Positions 50,329 to 59,200 of a DNA stretch of 64,000 bases are shown here, in pieces. The first letter of the stretch is position 1; each line of letters starts with the position of its first letter. The stretch is from a virus. Below the pieces are notes generated by a model, which was not told the origin of the DNA, searched no databases, and saw only the letters and a program-made list of their open reading frames with translations. A program made the translations under genes and the position numbers. The stretch is from the IMG/VR virus record IMGVR_UViG_3300030060_004280, positions 40,995-104,994 of that record; one strand, written 5' to 3'.

Positions 50329-51527
50329 GATATTCCGCCCCTTCTAACATACAACCCATAAGCATGCGCGCCCCACATTGTAGGGTCATCTTCGGGGTCT
50401 GCTTCTGTTGCACCTGTTGGCGCAGAAGTCATGCGGCGATGAGCGTTAGGTGTCGGTCCATCCGGTGCAGGGTCAAGCGATGCATCCGCTTTTCGCGTTA
50501 AACCTCTCAATAACTTCTCAAGTTTTTGAATTAGACGACGATATTCTTGTTTATCTCGCATCGTCATACCTTTAGCAAGTAGCGCGGCGAAAGGTGATGA
50601 ACCACCCATCGCTAAGTCAGTAGCCTTTGAGTGTTCTGCACCCATTGGAGTGTCGGGTTTTCTCGGCGTGTGTGTTTTCTTTGGTCCTTTAGTCGCGTCC
50701 CTGTGTTCAGCCGTTCCTCTTGGTGCATGAGCAATTCGCGATTCGGGCAATTCTGTTGGAATTGAAGGAGTAACAGGTTGAGTTGGCATAGAACCCGATA
50801 TTTCTGCTCTTCTTGCTTCGGATTCGCGAGCGCGGGGTGAACTCATCATAGCGGGAGGACCCGAACGCATAGATGCTGTTGTAAGATAATTGGGAGTGGT
50901 GCGAGTTTGCCTACTGTATTGCATTGAAGGTTGAGTAGCCCTATGTGATGCGATAACTCCGGTATATTTACCCGGATTACGACCTGTATCAACTCTTAGA
51001 GGGTTACCTGCTTTGCGTTTGCGGGTCTTTTTCTTAGAATCTATTGTTTTAGTTTTCTCTTTACGACTCTTACGACCCTTTTCAGCGCGCTGTCTTGCGC
51101 GAACTGTGTCTATTGTAGTAGTTTTCTTAGGCTTTTCCCTGTCGTATTTTGGCGCGTCTTTTTTTTTAATTACATCAAAAGCCAAATCCATAGGTTCGCC
51201 GGTCATAACACCCATACCTAACCCATTACCTTGTGGATTAGCGCCCGGAACAACCTCGCTTTGCCCCACTTGACCCATTTGACCGGCTTCTTCTTGAAGT
51301 CGCTCTTCATCTTCTTTGTTTTGCTGTGGTATTTTGATTTTCAAATGCTGAATACCTTGCAATAATCGAGCGCGTTTCTCTTGCTCATTCTGTTTTTTAG
51401 CGTTATGCTTGGCGCGCTCTTCGGAATCTTCACGCCCTACCGAAGAATCTTCTTCGATTTCTTCTGCGCTTTGGCGTGGATTGAACCGCAAATTACCTGC
51501 GCTACCCGAACCATCTCCCATCGGCAT
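50325..51527 (-). CDS. Disordered basic protein with internal PMDLAFDVIK motif
   Basis: 400 aa; acidic N-terminal part, then a Lys/Arg-rich part that begins right after EPMDLAFDVIKK. Confidence 0.65.
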   Translation of the reverse strand: MPMGDGSGSAGNLRFNPRQSAEEIEEDSSVGREDSEERAKHNAKKQNEQEKRARLLQGIQHLKIKIPQQNKEDEERLQEEAGQMGQVGQSEVVPGANPQGNGLGMGVMTGEPMDLAFDVIKKKDAPKYDREKPKKTTTIDTVRARQRAEKGRKSRKEKTKTIDSKKKTRKRKAGNPLRVDTGRNPGKYTGVIASHRATQPSMQYSRQTRTTPNYLTTASMRSGPPAMMSSPRARESEARRAEISGSMPTQPVTPSIPTELPESRIAHAPRGTAEHRDATKGPKKTHTPRKPDTPMGAEHSKATDLAMGGSSPFAALLAKGMTMRDKQEYRRLIQKLEKLLRGLTRKADASLDPAPDGPTPNAHRRMTSAPTGATEADPEDDPTMWGAHAYGLYVRRGGIS

Positions 51528-51961
51528 TAGTCATCACCATCACACAATGATTCAAAAGTCCTTTGGAGAACACTCGCTATATTGTAATAAAATAAACACA
51601 CTTCTTCATTCTCCTTAAACACACCTGCATATGCGCTAAAAATAGTATGTATCGCTAACATCATATGCGCTAATATGGATTTAGCGTGTATGAACTTCTC
51701 TCCATCATCAACAGTCATAATTTTGAATTGTGTTTCCACATCTCGCACTATACCTCTATGAGTATGATACTCGGCGTATATATGTGGAGCCATGTTACTA
51801 ACTGCATGATGCCAACGGTCTATAACGACATTAATTAATTTGAAAAATCTATCATATTCATCGACTGTCAATGCGCGATTTGCTTGCAACAAGTCGCTAT
51901 CGTCAATATCTTGACATTGGATGAACGGAACAAATACAGTAGCCTCACTCATTACCTTCAC
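51527..51961 (-). CDS. Hypothetical helical protein
   Basis: 144 aa, coupled to neighbours; probable start MSEATV. Confidence 0.6.
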   Translation of the reverse strand: MKVMSEATVFVPFIQCQDIDDSDLLQANRALTVDEYDRFFKLINVVIDRWHHAVSNMAPHIYAEYHTHRGIVRDVETQFKIMTVDDGEKFIHAKSILAHMMLAIHTIFSAYAGVFKENEEVCLFYYNIASVLQRTFESLCDGDD

Positions 51962-52616
51962 CCATCAATTTACCCCTTAATTTTCGCCAAACTTCGGGAG
52001 ATTCTTTGGCTAACTCAACTTTGAGAATGTTGATTGTCTGCGCGTTGATATTTTCTGTCACATTACCTGCGGCTCGGTCTTGTATTTTTATCATCATGTT
52101 GACGGTATCACGAACTTCTTTGTGTAACGATACAATATTACGCACATATTGAGGGTCATTACGGTCTGCATCGTCGAGAAAATGCGCTAACTCACCATTT
52201 AATCGAGCAAGATTACCGCGTATGGAGTTCATTTCATCACCGGCTTCGATAGCGATTATATCAGCCGCGCCTTTTTGCACGATAGGTTTGAGATGATGTT
52301 TCAAATGATGATATGCGCTTGATTCGGGCATTCCTATATCTTGCGCTATTTCTTCTGTCGTCATTGAGCCATTGTAATATGCGTGTTCAAGAGATTCGCG
52401 TTTAACTGATGTGCAAAACTTACATTCGCTGTTAGAACCCATATGATATTCGCCCATATGGTTACGAAAATGGCGGTCTGCTGTGCCTTCTCGCCAACCT
52501 TTGTCTTTATCCAATTGTTTAGCGTCGATGAAACCATCTTTCATCAATTGCTCTAAACTATCTCGTTCTTCATCTTGACAAAACGGACAAGATGCTCGCG
52601 TTACTCTCTCGCCCAC
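51945..52616 (-). CDS. Putative terminase small subunit-like protein (tandem CxxC-HTH-HxxxH repeats plus coiled coil)
   Basis: CPFC...RHFRNH and CKFC...TTEEIAQDIGMPESSAYHHLKHH, then an oligomerisation-type coiled coil. Upstream of TerL. Confidence 0.5.
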   Translation of the reverse strand: MGERVTRASCPFCQDEERDSLEQLMKDGFIDAKQLDKDKGWREGTADRHFRNHMGEYHMGSNSECKFCTSVKRESLEHAYYNGSMTTEEIAQDIGMPESSAYHHLKHHLKPIVQKGAADIIAIEAGDEMNSIRGNLARLNGELAHFLDDADRNDPQYVRNIVSLHKEVRDTVNMMIKIQDRAAGNVTENINAQTINILKVELAKESPEVWRKLRGKLMGEGNE

Positions 52617-52637
52617 ATGGGAATGCAGAACGAAACA

Positions 52638-52647
52638 CTTGAAAATA
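52638..52647 (-). promoter_or_regulatory. Putative divergent promoter (TATTTTCAAG on minus strand)
   Basis: Variant of TACCTTCAAG with a 21-nt spacer to GTG 52616. The same AT tract lies ~20 nt before the plus-strand ATG at 52668. Confidence 0.4.
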
Positions 52648-52667
52648 ATTGCGATGTAGGGTCCGCT

Positions 52668-52970
52668 ATGAGAACTCCTACAAAAACCCCACGAATAGCA
52701 GGAATACCATTGAATAAAAGTTCCGCTATCAGCCTCGGAAAAGGAGTTATGGATTCTTTATTAAATCGCAAAGTCGATACAGCAGAAAGAGATAGAAGAT
52801 TGAAGATATGTCACTCTTGTGAACACTTTAGCGCACCAAGATGCACATTATGTGGCTGTTTTATGAACTTCAAAACAACGCTATCGTCAAGCAATTGCCC
52901 TGTTAACAAATGGTTACCCGTTGGAGAACTTGCGATAGACCAATCCGGTAAAACTGAAAAGAGCGAATAA
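52668..52970 (+). CDS. Cys-rich Zn-binding protein (DUF6171-like); only plus-strand gene
   Basis: RDRRLKICHSCEHF...CTLCGCFMNFKT....SNCPVNKW. Probable start MRTPTK at 52668. Confidence 0.7.
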   Translation: MRTPTKTPRIAGIPLNKSSAISLGKGVMDSLLNRKVDTAERDRRLKICHSCEHFSAPRCTLCGCFMNFKTTLSSSNCPVNKWLPVGELAIDQSGKTEKSE

Positions 52971-53156
52971 CACTACAAGCAAGTAGGATAGGTTAGTTGA
53001 ACTCATACTGTTGCTATTGAAAGCAATAATCATAAAACATCCAAGTGTTAAACTGATTAATTGAACCATAATCATGTCAACAATGACTGATTTGCGCATA
53101 TTGCTAAAATCACTAATAGCGGTGAATAAACCACCCGTCCAATCTCCACCTTGCAT
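52914..53156 (-). CDS. Small two-TM membrane protein
   Basis: VIVDMIMVQLISLTLGCFMIIAF and LSYLLVVLFALFSFTGLVY, followed by basic RK. Confidence 0.7.
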   Translation of the reverse strand: MQGGDWTGGLFTAISDFSNMRKSVIVDMIMVQLISLTLGCFMIIAFNSNSMSSTNLSYLLVVLFALFSFTGLVYRKFSNG

Positions 53157-53157
53157 C

Positions 53158-53739
53158 TTAACGACCTCCTGTTGCTAATCCACGCACTAACGAACCAAGA
53201 CCGCCACCGACGCTTTGCATCATGCCGGGGTCAGCGATAGCCTCATTCAACATATTTTGCATCATACTTTGATTTGCAAGTTGAACCATTTGTTGAAACT
53301 GCATAGTTTTTTGTTGAACATTGTTTGATGACGCGTTAAGGATTTGAGTTTGCGCCATTGTTACGCTATCAGCCGTTGGCATACCTGTAACTGCGCTAAA
53401 ATCAAACTTATACCCATCCCCATCTTCGACTAAGCGCGCATTAGCGAGCATAGTATTGACTGATACCGCTACAAGACTACTTAACAATGAAATAAGCATA
53501 TTCATATTTGCACCATTGTTATCGGATAACCACTTGTCAATCAACGGGTTAGATGTTATCATTGCGGATAGAATCTCCATTTCGGATGGCGGCGCTTGAT
53601 ATTGCAATCCGTATGGCTGTTGTTGCCCCCATTGTTGCTGTCCTTGCGCCGGAACTTGTTGTTGACCCCCTGCTAAGCCGAGATTCAACGCGCCTTGCTG
53701 TTGTTGTTGCTGATTGTTACCATTAAACGGCCATACCAT
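53158..53739 (-). CDS. Gln/Gly-rich protein with a hydrophobic helix
   Basis: Poly-Q N-terminus, MLISLLSSLVAVSV segment, amphipathic C-terminus GLGSLVRGL; GAGGTGG RBS. Confidence 0.7.
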   Translation of the reverse strand: MVWPFNGNNQQQQQQGALNLGLAGGQQQVPAQGQQQWGQQQPYGLQYQAPPSEMEILSAMITSNPLIDKWLSDNNGANMNMLISLLSSLVAVSVNTMLANARLVEDGDGYKFDFSAVTGMPTADSVTMAQTQILNASSNNVQQKTMQFQQMVQLANQSMMQNMLNEAIADPGMMQSVGGGLGSLVRGLATGGR

Positions 53740-53748
53740 GATACCACC

Positions 53749-54642
53749 TCACGCGCTCCCATCATTTGATTCTGTCGGTAAAGGCATTGGTTGTGCTTGA
53801 ACGGCTTGTTGTTGCATTTGGTGCATCGCTAACGCGTCAAACAAAAGGCGAGTGTTGCCATTATTTTGGAATTGACGCATATCGAACATCACAATTACCA
53901 AATCGTTAATCCCCGTAGCGGTATTTGTCATATGCGTAACAGGAATATTGTCTTTTTTAAGCATTTCAAAGAACGGTTGGTATTTAGCGAGTGTTGGAGG
54001 CGTGTTATCCTTCTTTTTGATGGTGCTAATAGGAACAGCCACCACAGAAACCCCCTTCTTGAGTTTGGCTTTGAGTGTTCCACTCTTTGCTTCTTGCTCG
54101 GCTTCTTCTTCTTTTTCCCATTTTGTAAGCATATGATAGAGATGCAAGTGTTCGGGACAATATGTTCCGCGCATCTTGCGCCCACTTGTGACATTTTCAC
54201 GCGCTACAAAGGCTTCGGGTTCTCCGGTTACCGGATTATGGAAATACAACTCCCATAGCGACTTACCTGTTTCCTCATCTAAGATTTGGTCGTAAATATT
54301 ACCCGCTAAACGGATAAGATTCTCAACATCCGCCCCATCAATAACACATCGCATAGTATTGGTGTTGTATCGGTATTTTCCCCCGAAAAACCACCTTCTT
54401 GGCGAAAAAATACTTCTTTTCGTCGGTTTTAACAGTTTATACGCCTGTTTTATGTCTTGACGGCGCGCTTTTGTTGGATTCGGGTGTCTTGAAGGGTAAA
54501 AATTGACTTGAGGCACTTCAATTACACCCGCTTGCTCTTGCATAGCGGCTTGAACCATCGCCTGTTGCTGTATTTGCGCCAATGGCATATTCGTTTGTGC
54601 GGCAAGCCTCAATAAGTCTGTCTGTGATTGTTTTCCAAGCAT
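53749..54642 (-). CDS. Gln-rich-ended protein with possible metal-binding motif
   Basis: Q/A/M-rich ends; RCVID...YCPEHLH; GGTGA RBS. Confidence 0.7.
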   Translation of the reverse strand: MLGKQSQTDLLRLAAQTNMPLAQIQQQAMVQAAMQEQAGVIEVPQVNFYPSRHPNPTKARRQDIKQAYKLLKPTKRSIFSPRRWFFGGKYRYNTNTMRCVIDGADVENLIRLAGNIYDQILDEETGKSLWELYFHNPVTGEPEAFVARENVTSGRKMRGTYCPEHLHLYHMLTKWEKEEEAEQEAKSGTLKAKLKKGVSVVAVPISTIKKKDNTPPTLAKYQPFFEMLKKDNIPVTHMTNTATGINDLVIVMFDMRQFQNNGNTRLLFDALAMHQMQQQAVQAQPMPLPTESNDGSA

Positions 54643-54646
54643 TTTT

Positions 54647-55369
54647 TCACCAACTTAACATTTCCAATAGTGTTTTCTCCACATTCCATCCTATATTTGT
54701 AGCCATCATAGATACGCGGCAAGGAATACCCGCTTTTTGTAATCTGCGCATAGCAGGTCTATGCACATCGAAGACTTTGTGTTCGCGAAGTCGATTAGAT
54801 TGCCAAAGTATGTTTGCATTGTCATCCCACCATTCATCAGCCTTGTTTGCTATAATCCATACTTGTTTGGGGGAGTAGCGCTTACCTTTGAGTCTTGTTT
54901 TCAATCTTCTATATTTCCATCGCTTTTCTATCAATGCATCAACAAGGAACTCTAATCCACCCACCACATCAATGACTTGACTCCCATTACCTTTCAAGGC
55001 GCGTGTGTCAGTCATAAAGACTACTATTTCGACTTGTCTATCCACCATATCATCAATCCATAGGTTCCAAAAGCGCTGTTGGCCTCCAATATCCGCCGAA
55101 TGAACAACTCTTTTCTCCCCTTTCCATCGAATACGCTTTCTTGTGGCGCGCGGAAGCACATGTCCTCCTTTTAGCAATCTTTTCGGATGCATAGTGCGCT
55201 CTTCGATAGCCTCCATCTCTCCGGGTGTTTTCATAAACGCGTCAAGTGTAGTCTTACCGACTAATGTTGGTCCATACACGCCAATTCTGCGCGGTTTGAG
55301 AAAATTATACAATTCGCGACCATAAACGACCGCACCCATAAGTGCGCTACCCGCCATTGTCGCAACCAT
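54647..55369 (-). CDS. Arf-like small GTPase with N-terminal hydrophobic/amphipathic helix
   Basis: G1 GPTLVGKTT, G2 ERT, G3 DIGGQQRFWNLW, IVVFMTD, G4 IANKAD, G5-like MATNIGWNVE. Probable start MVATMAG at 55369. Confidence 0.85.
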   Translation of the reverse strand: MVATMAGSALMGAVVYGRELYNFLKPRRIGVYGPTLVGKTTLDAFMKTPGEMEAIEERTMHPKRLLKGGHVLPRATRKRIRWKGEKRVVHSADIGGQQRFWNLWIDDMVDRQVEIVVFMTDTRALKGNGSQVIDVVGGLEFLVDALIEKRWKYRRLKTRLKGKRYSPKQVWIIANKADEWWDDNANILWQSNRLREHKVFDVHRPAMRRLQKAGIPCRVSMMATNIGWNVEKTLLEMLSW

Positions 55370-55370
55370 T

Positions 55371-55607
55371 TCAAGAAACCCACCCAATGACTTTATTTTT
55401 AGCCCATTCGACAGTATTTTCCCAAACGCTAACATCTGTGCCGTATTCAAACCAAGATACACCTAAACCTGTTCCGATTGCGAGTAAAATAGCAAAGAGC
55501 AAACCTTTTCCGCGCTCATAATAAGTATCGAGAGTATTTTGAGTGTGCAAAGCGCGTAAGGTTGCCTCCGTAGCATCATCGCTTGGGGTTTTGAACAACC
55601 AACCCAT
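55371..55607 (-). CDS. Small single-TM membrane protein
   Basis: Start MGWLFK after GGAGTGA. TM segment GLLFAILLAIGTGLGVSWF. Confidence 0.7.
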   Translation of the reverse strand: MGWLFKTPSDDATEATLRALHTQNTLDTYYERGKGLLFAILLAIGTGLGVSWFEYGTDVSVWENTVEWAKNKVIGWVS

Positions 55608-55612
55608 AACTT

Positions 55613-56149
55613 TCACTCCTTCTTCGACTTTTTGTAAGTGCCATCAGCGTTTCGTGGCTTGTTAGCGCCTAATTTCATTGGCTTTTTGTTATTCGCTTCG
55701 TGATTTGGCGCGTTCATAGCCTCTTCTGCCGCTTCTTGCATTTCCTGTTGTAAAGCCAAGTATTGAACTACTTCGGGGTCCTCTTCAAGTTGTTGTAACT
55801 GATGTGAGAAAAGCATTTCTTGTTTCTTTAGTTCAATTTCCATTTGTTTTTGCGCAAATCCCATCTGTTGCTTTTGCATTTGTCGCGTCATACTCTTCTG
55901 CATGTTAGCGAGGCTTGCTTTTTGGTCCATTGAGTCTTGCGCAAGCATTTTCCAAAGGAAATAACCCATACCTTGTAGCGTGAACGCTCCCATAGTGTAA
56001 GTTAGTCCATTTGTTTGCGTCGAATCGTCTTTTAGCCATAGCCCTGCATCGAAAACTGCGACGGCACATCCTACTAAAACTGACACAAATGATATGAGTC
56101 CGAGTATTCTTAATTCATCCGTATTGCGTGGCGCTTGTGCGGGTTGCAT
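55613..56149 (-). CDS. Two-TM membrane protein with cytoplasmic Gln-rich coiled coil
   Basis: ILGLISFVSVLVGCAVAVF and LTYTMGAFTLQGMGYFLW, then a Q/M/E heptad region and basic tail; GAGGG RBS. Confidence 0.75.
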   Translation of the reverse strand: MQPAQAPRNTDELRILGLISFVSVLVGCAVAVFDAGLWLKDDSTQTNGLTYTMGAFTLQGMGYFLWKMLAQDSMDQKASLANMQKSMTRQMQKQQMGFAQKQMEIELKKQEMLFSHQLQQLEEDPEVVQYLALQQEMQEAAEEAMNAPNHEANNKKPMKLGANKPRNADGTYKKSKKE

Positions 56150-56185
56150 GTATGTTCCCTCTAATGCATGGTGTAGTGTGCATCA

Positions 56186-56195
56186 AATAAAGGTA
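56186..56195 (-). promoter_or_regulatory. Putative promoter TACCTTTATT for the GTPase/membrane operon
   Basis: Variant of the TACCTT motif in the intergenic gap, 36 nt before ATG 56149, leaving room for a short leader with the GAGGG RBS. Confidence 0.45.
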
Positions 56196-56286
56196 ATTGA
56201 TTCACCTTTTTCGGTTTTCCTGTTTCCTGTCGGGAAATGTAATGAAATATATTCCTTTTTCATAAGAGCAACCGGAAAAACCGAAA

Positions 56287-59200
56287 TCACTCGTTTCTTT
56301 GATAGCCGGGTGCGACTTGAACAAACCCTGTCGGTTGTCCTGCTTCATCTGTTGTTGGTTGCGACACTACCGCGACATTTCGTGGATTCAATACCTGTCC
56401 GTATTGGTCTTGTTGAGTTGAGAAATCTTGACCTTCGACATTCAATTCAGTTTGACCCGGCCTTTGAGCCGCTATTTGTTGTTGCTCACGCAATCCAAGA
56501 TGCTGTTCGGTAGCGTCTTCTAACTCTTGTCTAAACTGCGAAGGACCCATATTCATCAAATTAGCAAAACCTTGAGCAGTTGGTAATCTTGTTTGTATTC
56601 CTCTCAACCCGTCTTTTCCGAAGCGCTCCATCGCTTTAATTTTAAGTTGCCTTGCGCGGTCTATTGACTCTTGTAGCCCGACATTCAATGGACTCCAAGT
56701 TGGATGAATGGCTCTTATCATGTTAGTATCTTCTTCAAAATCCCTCATAATTGTCGGGTCTGCCGCTAACAACTCTTTCATGTCTTTCATAGAATCTAAA
56801 CCATAAAGTTCTGCATAATCATGCAATTTATTTTCCAAATACAAATTAGGGAAATGATACATGTCATAGAACTTATTCGCGTTTTCGACAATCTTCATAG
56901 CATCATCATAAGACATATCATGCTTTTCGTTATGCTTGAATGCTCGACCTTCTTGGTTCTTTCTAATAAAGTCGAATACTTTACTTGCAAAGTTTTTTGA
57001 TTCGTGTGGTTGCGCTTTTAAGTCCGCATCATTCATTCTTTCGCTCAAATAATCATCAAAGTTATGTTCTTGCAACATCAAACTTTGATTCATTGCTTCG
57101 GGATGAGGGAATCTGTTAACTATATGATACGATTTCAATTGACCTTTTCCTGTTTTATCTTCAAAGTCTTCAATTGGATTACCGTTTTTGTCAACCACCA
57201 TTGCTTTAATTGCATTATCTAATTGAGATTGTTGCTCGCGAGTTAGATTAGCGTCTTTGTATTCGTCAAGAGTCATAGGGTTACCATCGGCATTTAGTAT
57301 TCTTTCCATTGGTGTTCCATCCGCGCCATCCGGCATATGTTTTACTTCGGGATTCGATTGCAAATTGAAAAATGACATGATAGCGCGCATCTTTGCCATT
57401 TCTCCAAACTCACGCTTGGCTATTTTTGATATTTCATTTGGTATTCTCATATGAAGAGCGTCATGTCTTGGCTTTACCTCCCAATACACTTCACCATCCT
57501 CATTTGTTTTTCTTGCCGCAGGTCTTAACCAATTCTGCGCGTTTTTAGAGTGCTTTTCAAGATTAGGATGTAATACATTACCCTCCGGTAACGCCTTTGT
57601 ATATTCATCATCGGGAACTCCTTGATTCAAACCTTGTTTTAATTCAAGATATTGACTGTTTGGTTTAATAACACCTTTTCTGCTTTGTTGTAGCGGTGAC
57701 TCGCCCGCTTCTAATACACTATCCATATCTTTCAAAAAGTCCATAATTTGTTTATCTTCTTCTTCTTTAATAAAATCCCATTCGTTACCGTTAGCCATTT
57801 CAAATGCGGAGCGAATACGATTAGCGGCTCTTTTATTACCTGCAAAGAAGTCATACACGGCTTGCGGGCTTTTATCATGAACCCACCCTTCATTATTGTC
57901 AAAAGCGCTTCGATGCTTTAATTCCCACGGTGTTACTGTTCTGCCCGCGTGATGCGTCAATAACGGTGTAGTCCAAGTAGGGTTTTTGTAAAGACTTTTC
58001 ATATACTTCTTCATGGCTTTGTCTTTTTCTTCGCCATCCTCCATCGCTTCTATCTTTTTATACATTTCAGTATTACTACCAAGCGCTTGTTTTTGTTTTG
58101 GAGTCATCGCTATATTGTTATGTAACATTTTTTGAAGAGCGTCGAACTTATCATGAACTTCATGCTCTTCGTCTTCAAAGTCTGCATATTTATGTTCAAG
58201 TAGCGCGTTTGCTTTTTGCACCATAGCGTTATAGACGGATTGATTAGTCGGTTTGCCGTTTTCATCCGTCATAAACACATCACCAAGACCGTAATTTTTA
58301 GCAACGCGCATAATGGACTGTAACTGTTTATTTACTGCTTTTTGACCTTCTTTGTGCCAAGCCATCTTCAAAGCAGGACTGTCACCTTGAACTAAAGGTA
58401 ATTTCATTTGACCTGTTGGCTTTTCTTCAAATACATCATCAAAGTCCATCGGCTGTTCTCCACTCTTCAATTCATCAATAATTGAGGCATTGCGTGTAGC
58501 GTCTTTTGCTCTTTTTTTAGCGGCTTCAAGTTCTTCTCGCGTGTGTATATTCGGCAGTTCACCATCATTTATGCGCTCTAACATTAAATCAAGACCCGAC
58601 AAGCCTGTATCACCAAACATTTCATCTATAATATTAGACGACATAGGTGATACACCCTCCAAAGAAGGTTGCGGTTCGGGTGGTGGGAATGTTGCACCCG
58701 CTTCACCCAATAAGCGCGCAGGGTCGGTTATACCAAAGTCGATAGGCTTAGAATGAGCGTCGACTCTTTCTTTATGTAACACCCTGCCGAGTTTTTCCGG
58801 GTCCATAGCAACACCCGCTTTATGAGGATGATGAGAAATCTGTTCAATCAAATGTTCATCATTAGGGTCTAACATACCACGACCTAAACATTGACCGCAA
58901 ACACCATCCGACACATACCCCTTAACTTGACTGTCCCAATGTTGACAATCGGGGCATGCGTATTCTCCATGATTCATCGGTCCAAGTTCGCAAGAGTTTT
59001 TCGCATCATAATCTTCAAACGATTGGTAACCGGCAGGACGCGCGTGTTGACTAATCCATCTTCTCATTGCCTTTGATGATGCGCTATGACCTTGTAATTC
59101 CTCATGATGTGCTTTAGCGTATGAGATTAACTCATCTTGATTGATGTGTGTGTTGCCACCGCAAGTTCCGCATCGCGAAAGTGACCCTGTTGGGTTTGAA

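Noticed and set aside
56150-56286. tRNA or other known ncRNA in the intergenic gaps
   Set aside because: No cloverleaf or T-loop signature was recognised, and the gaps are short and AT-rich.
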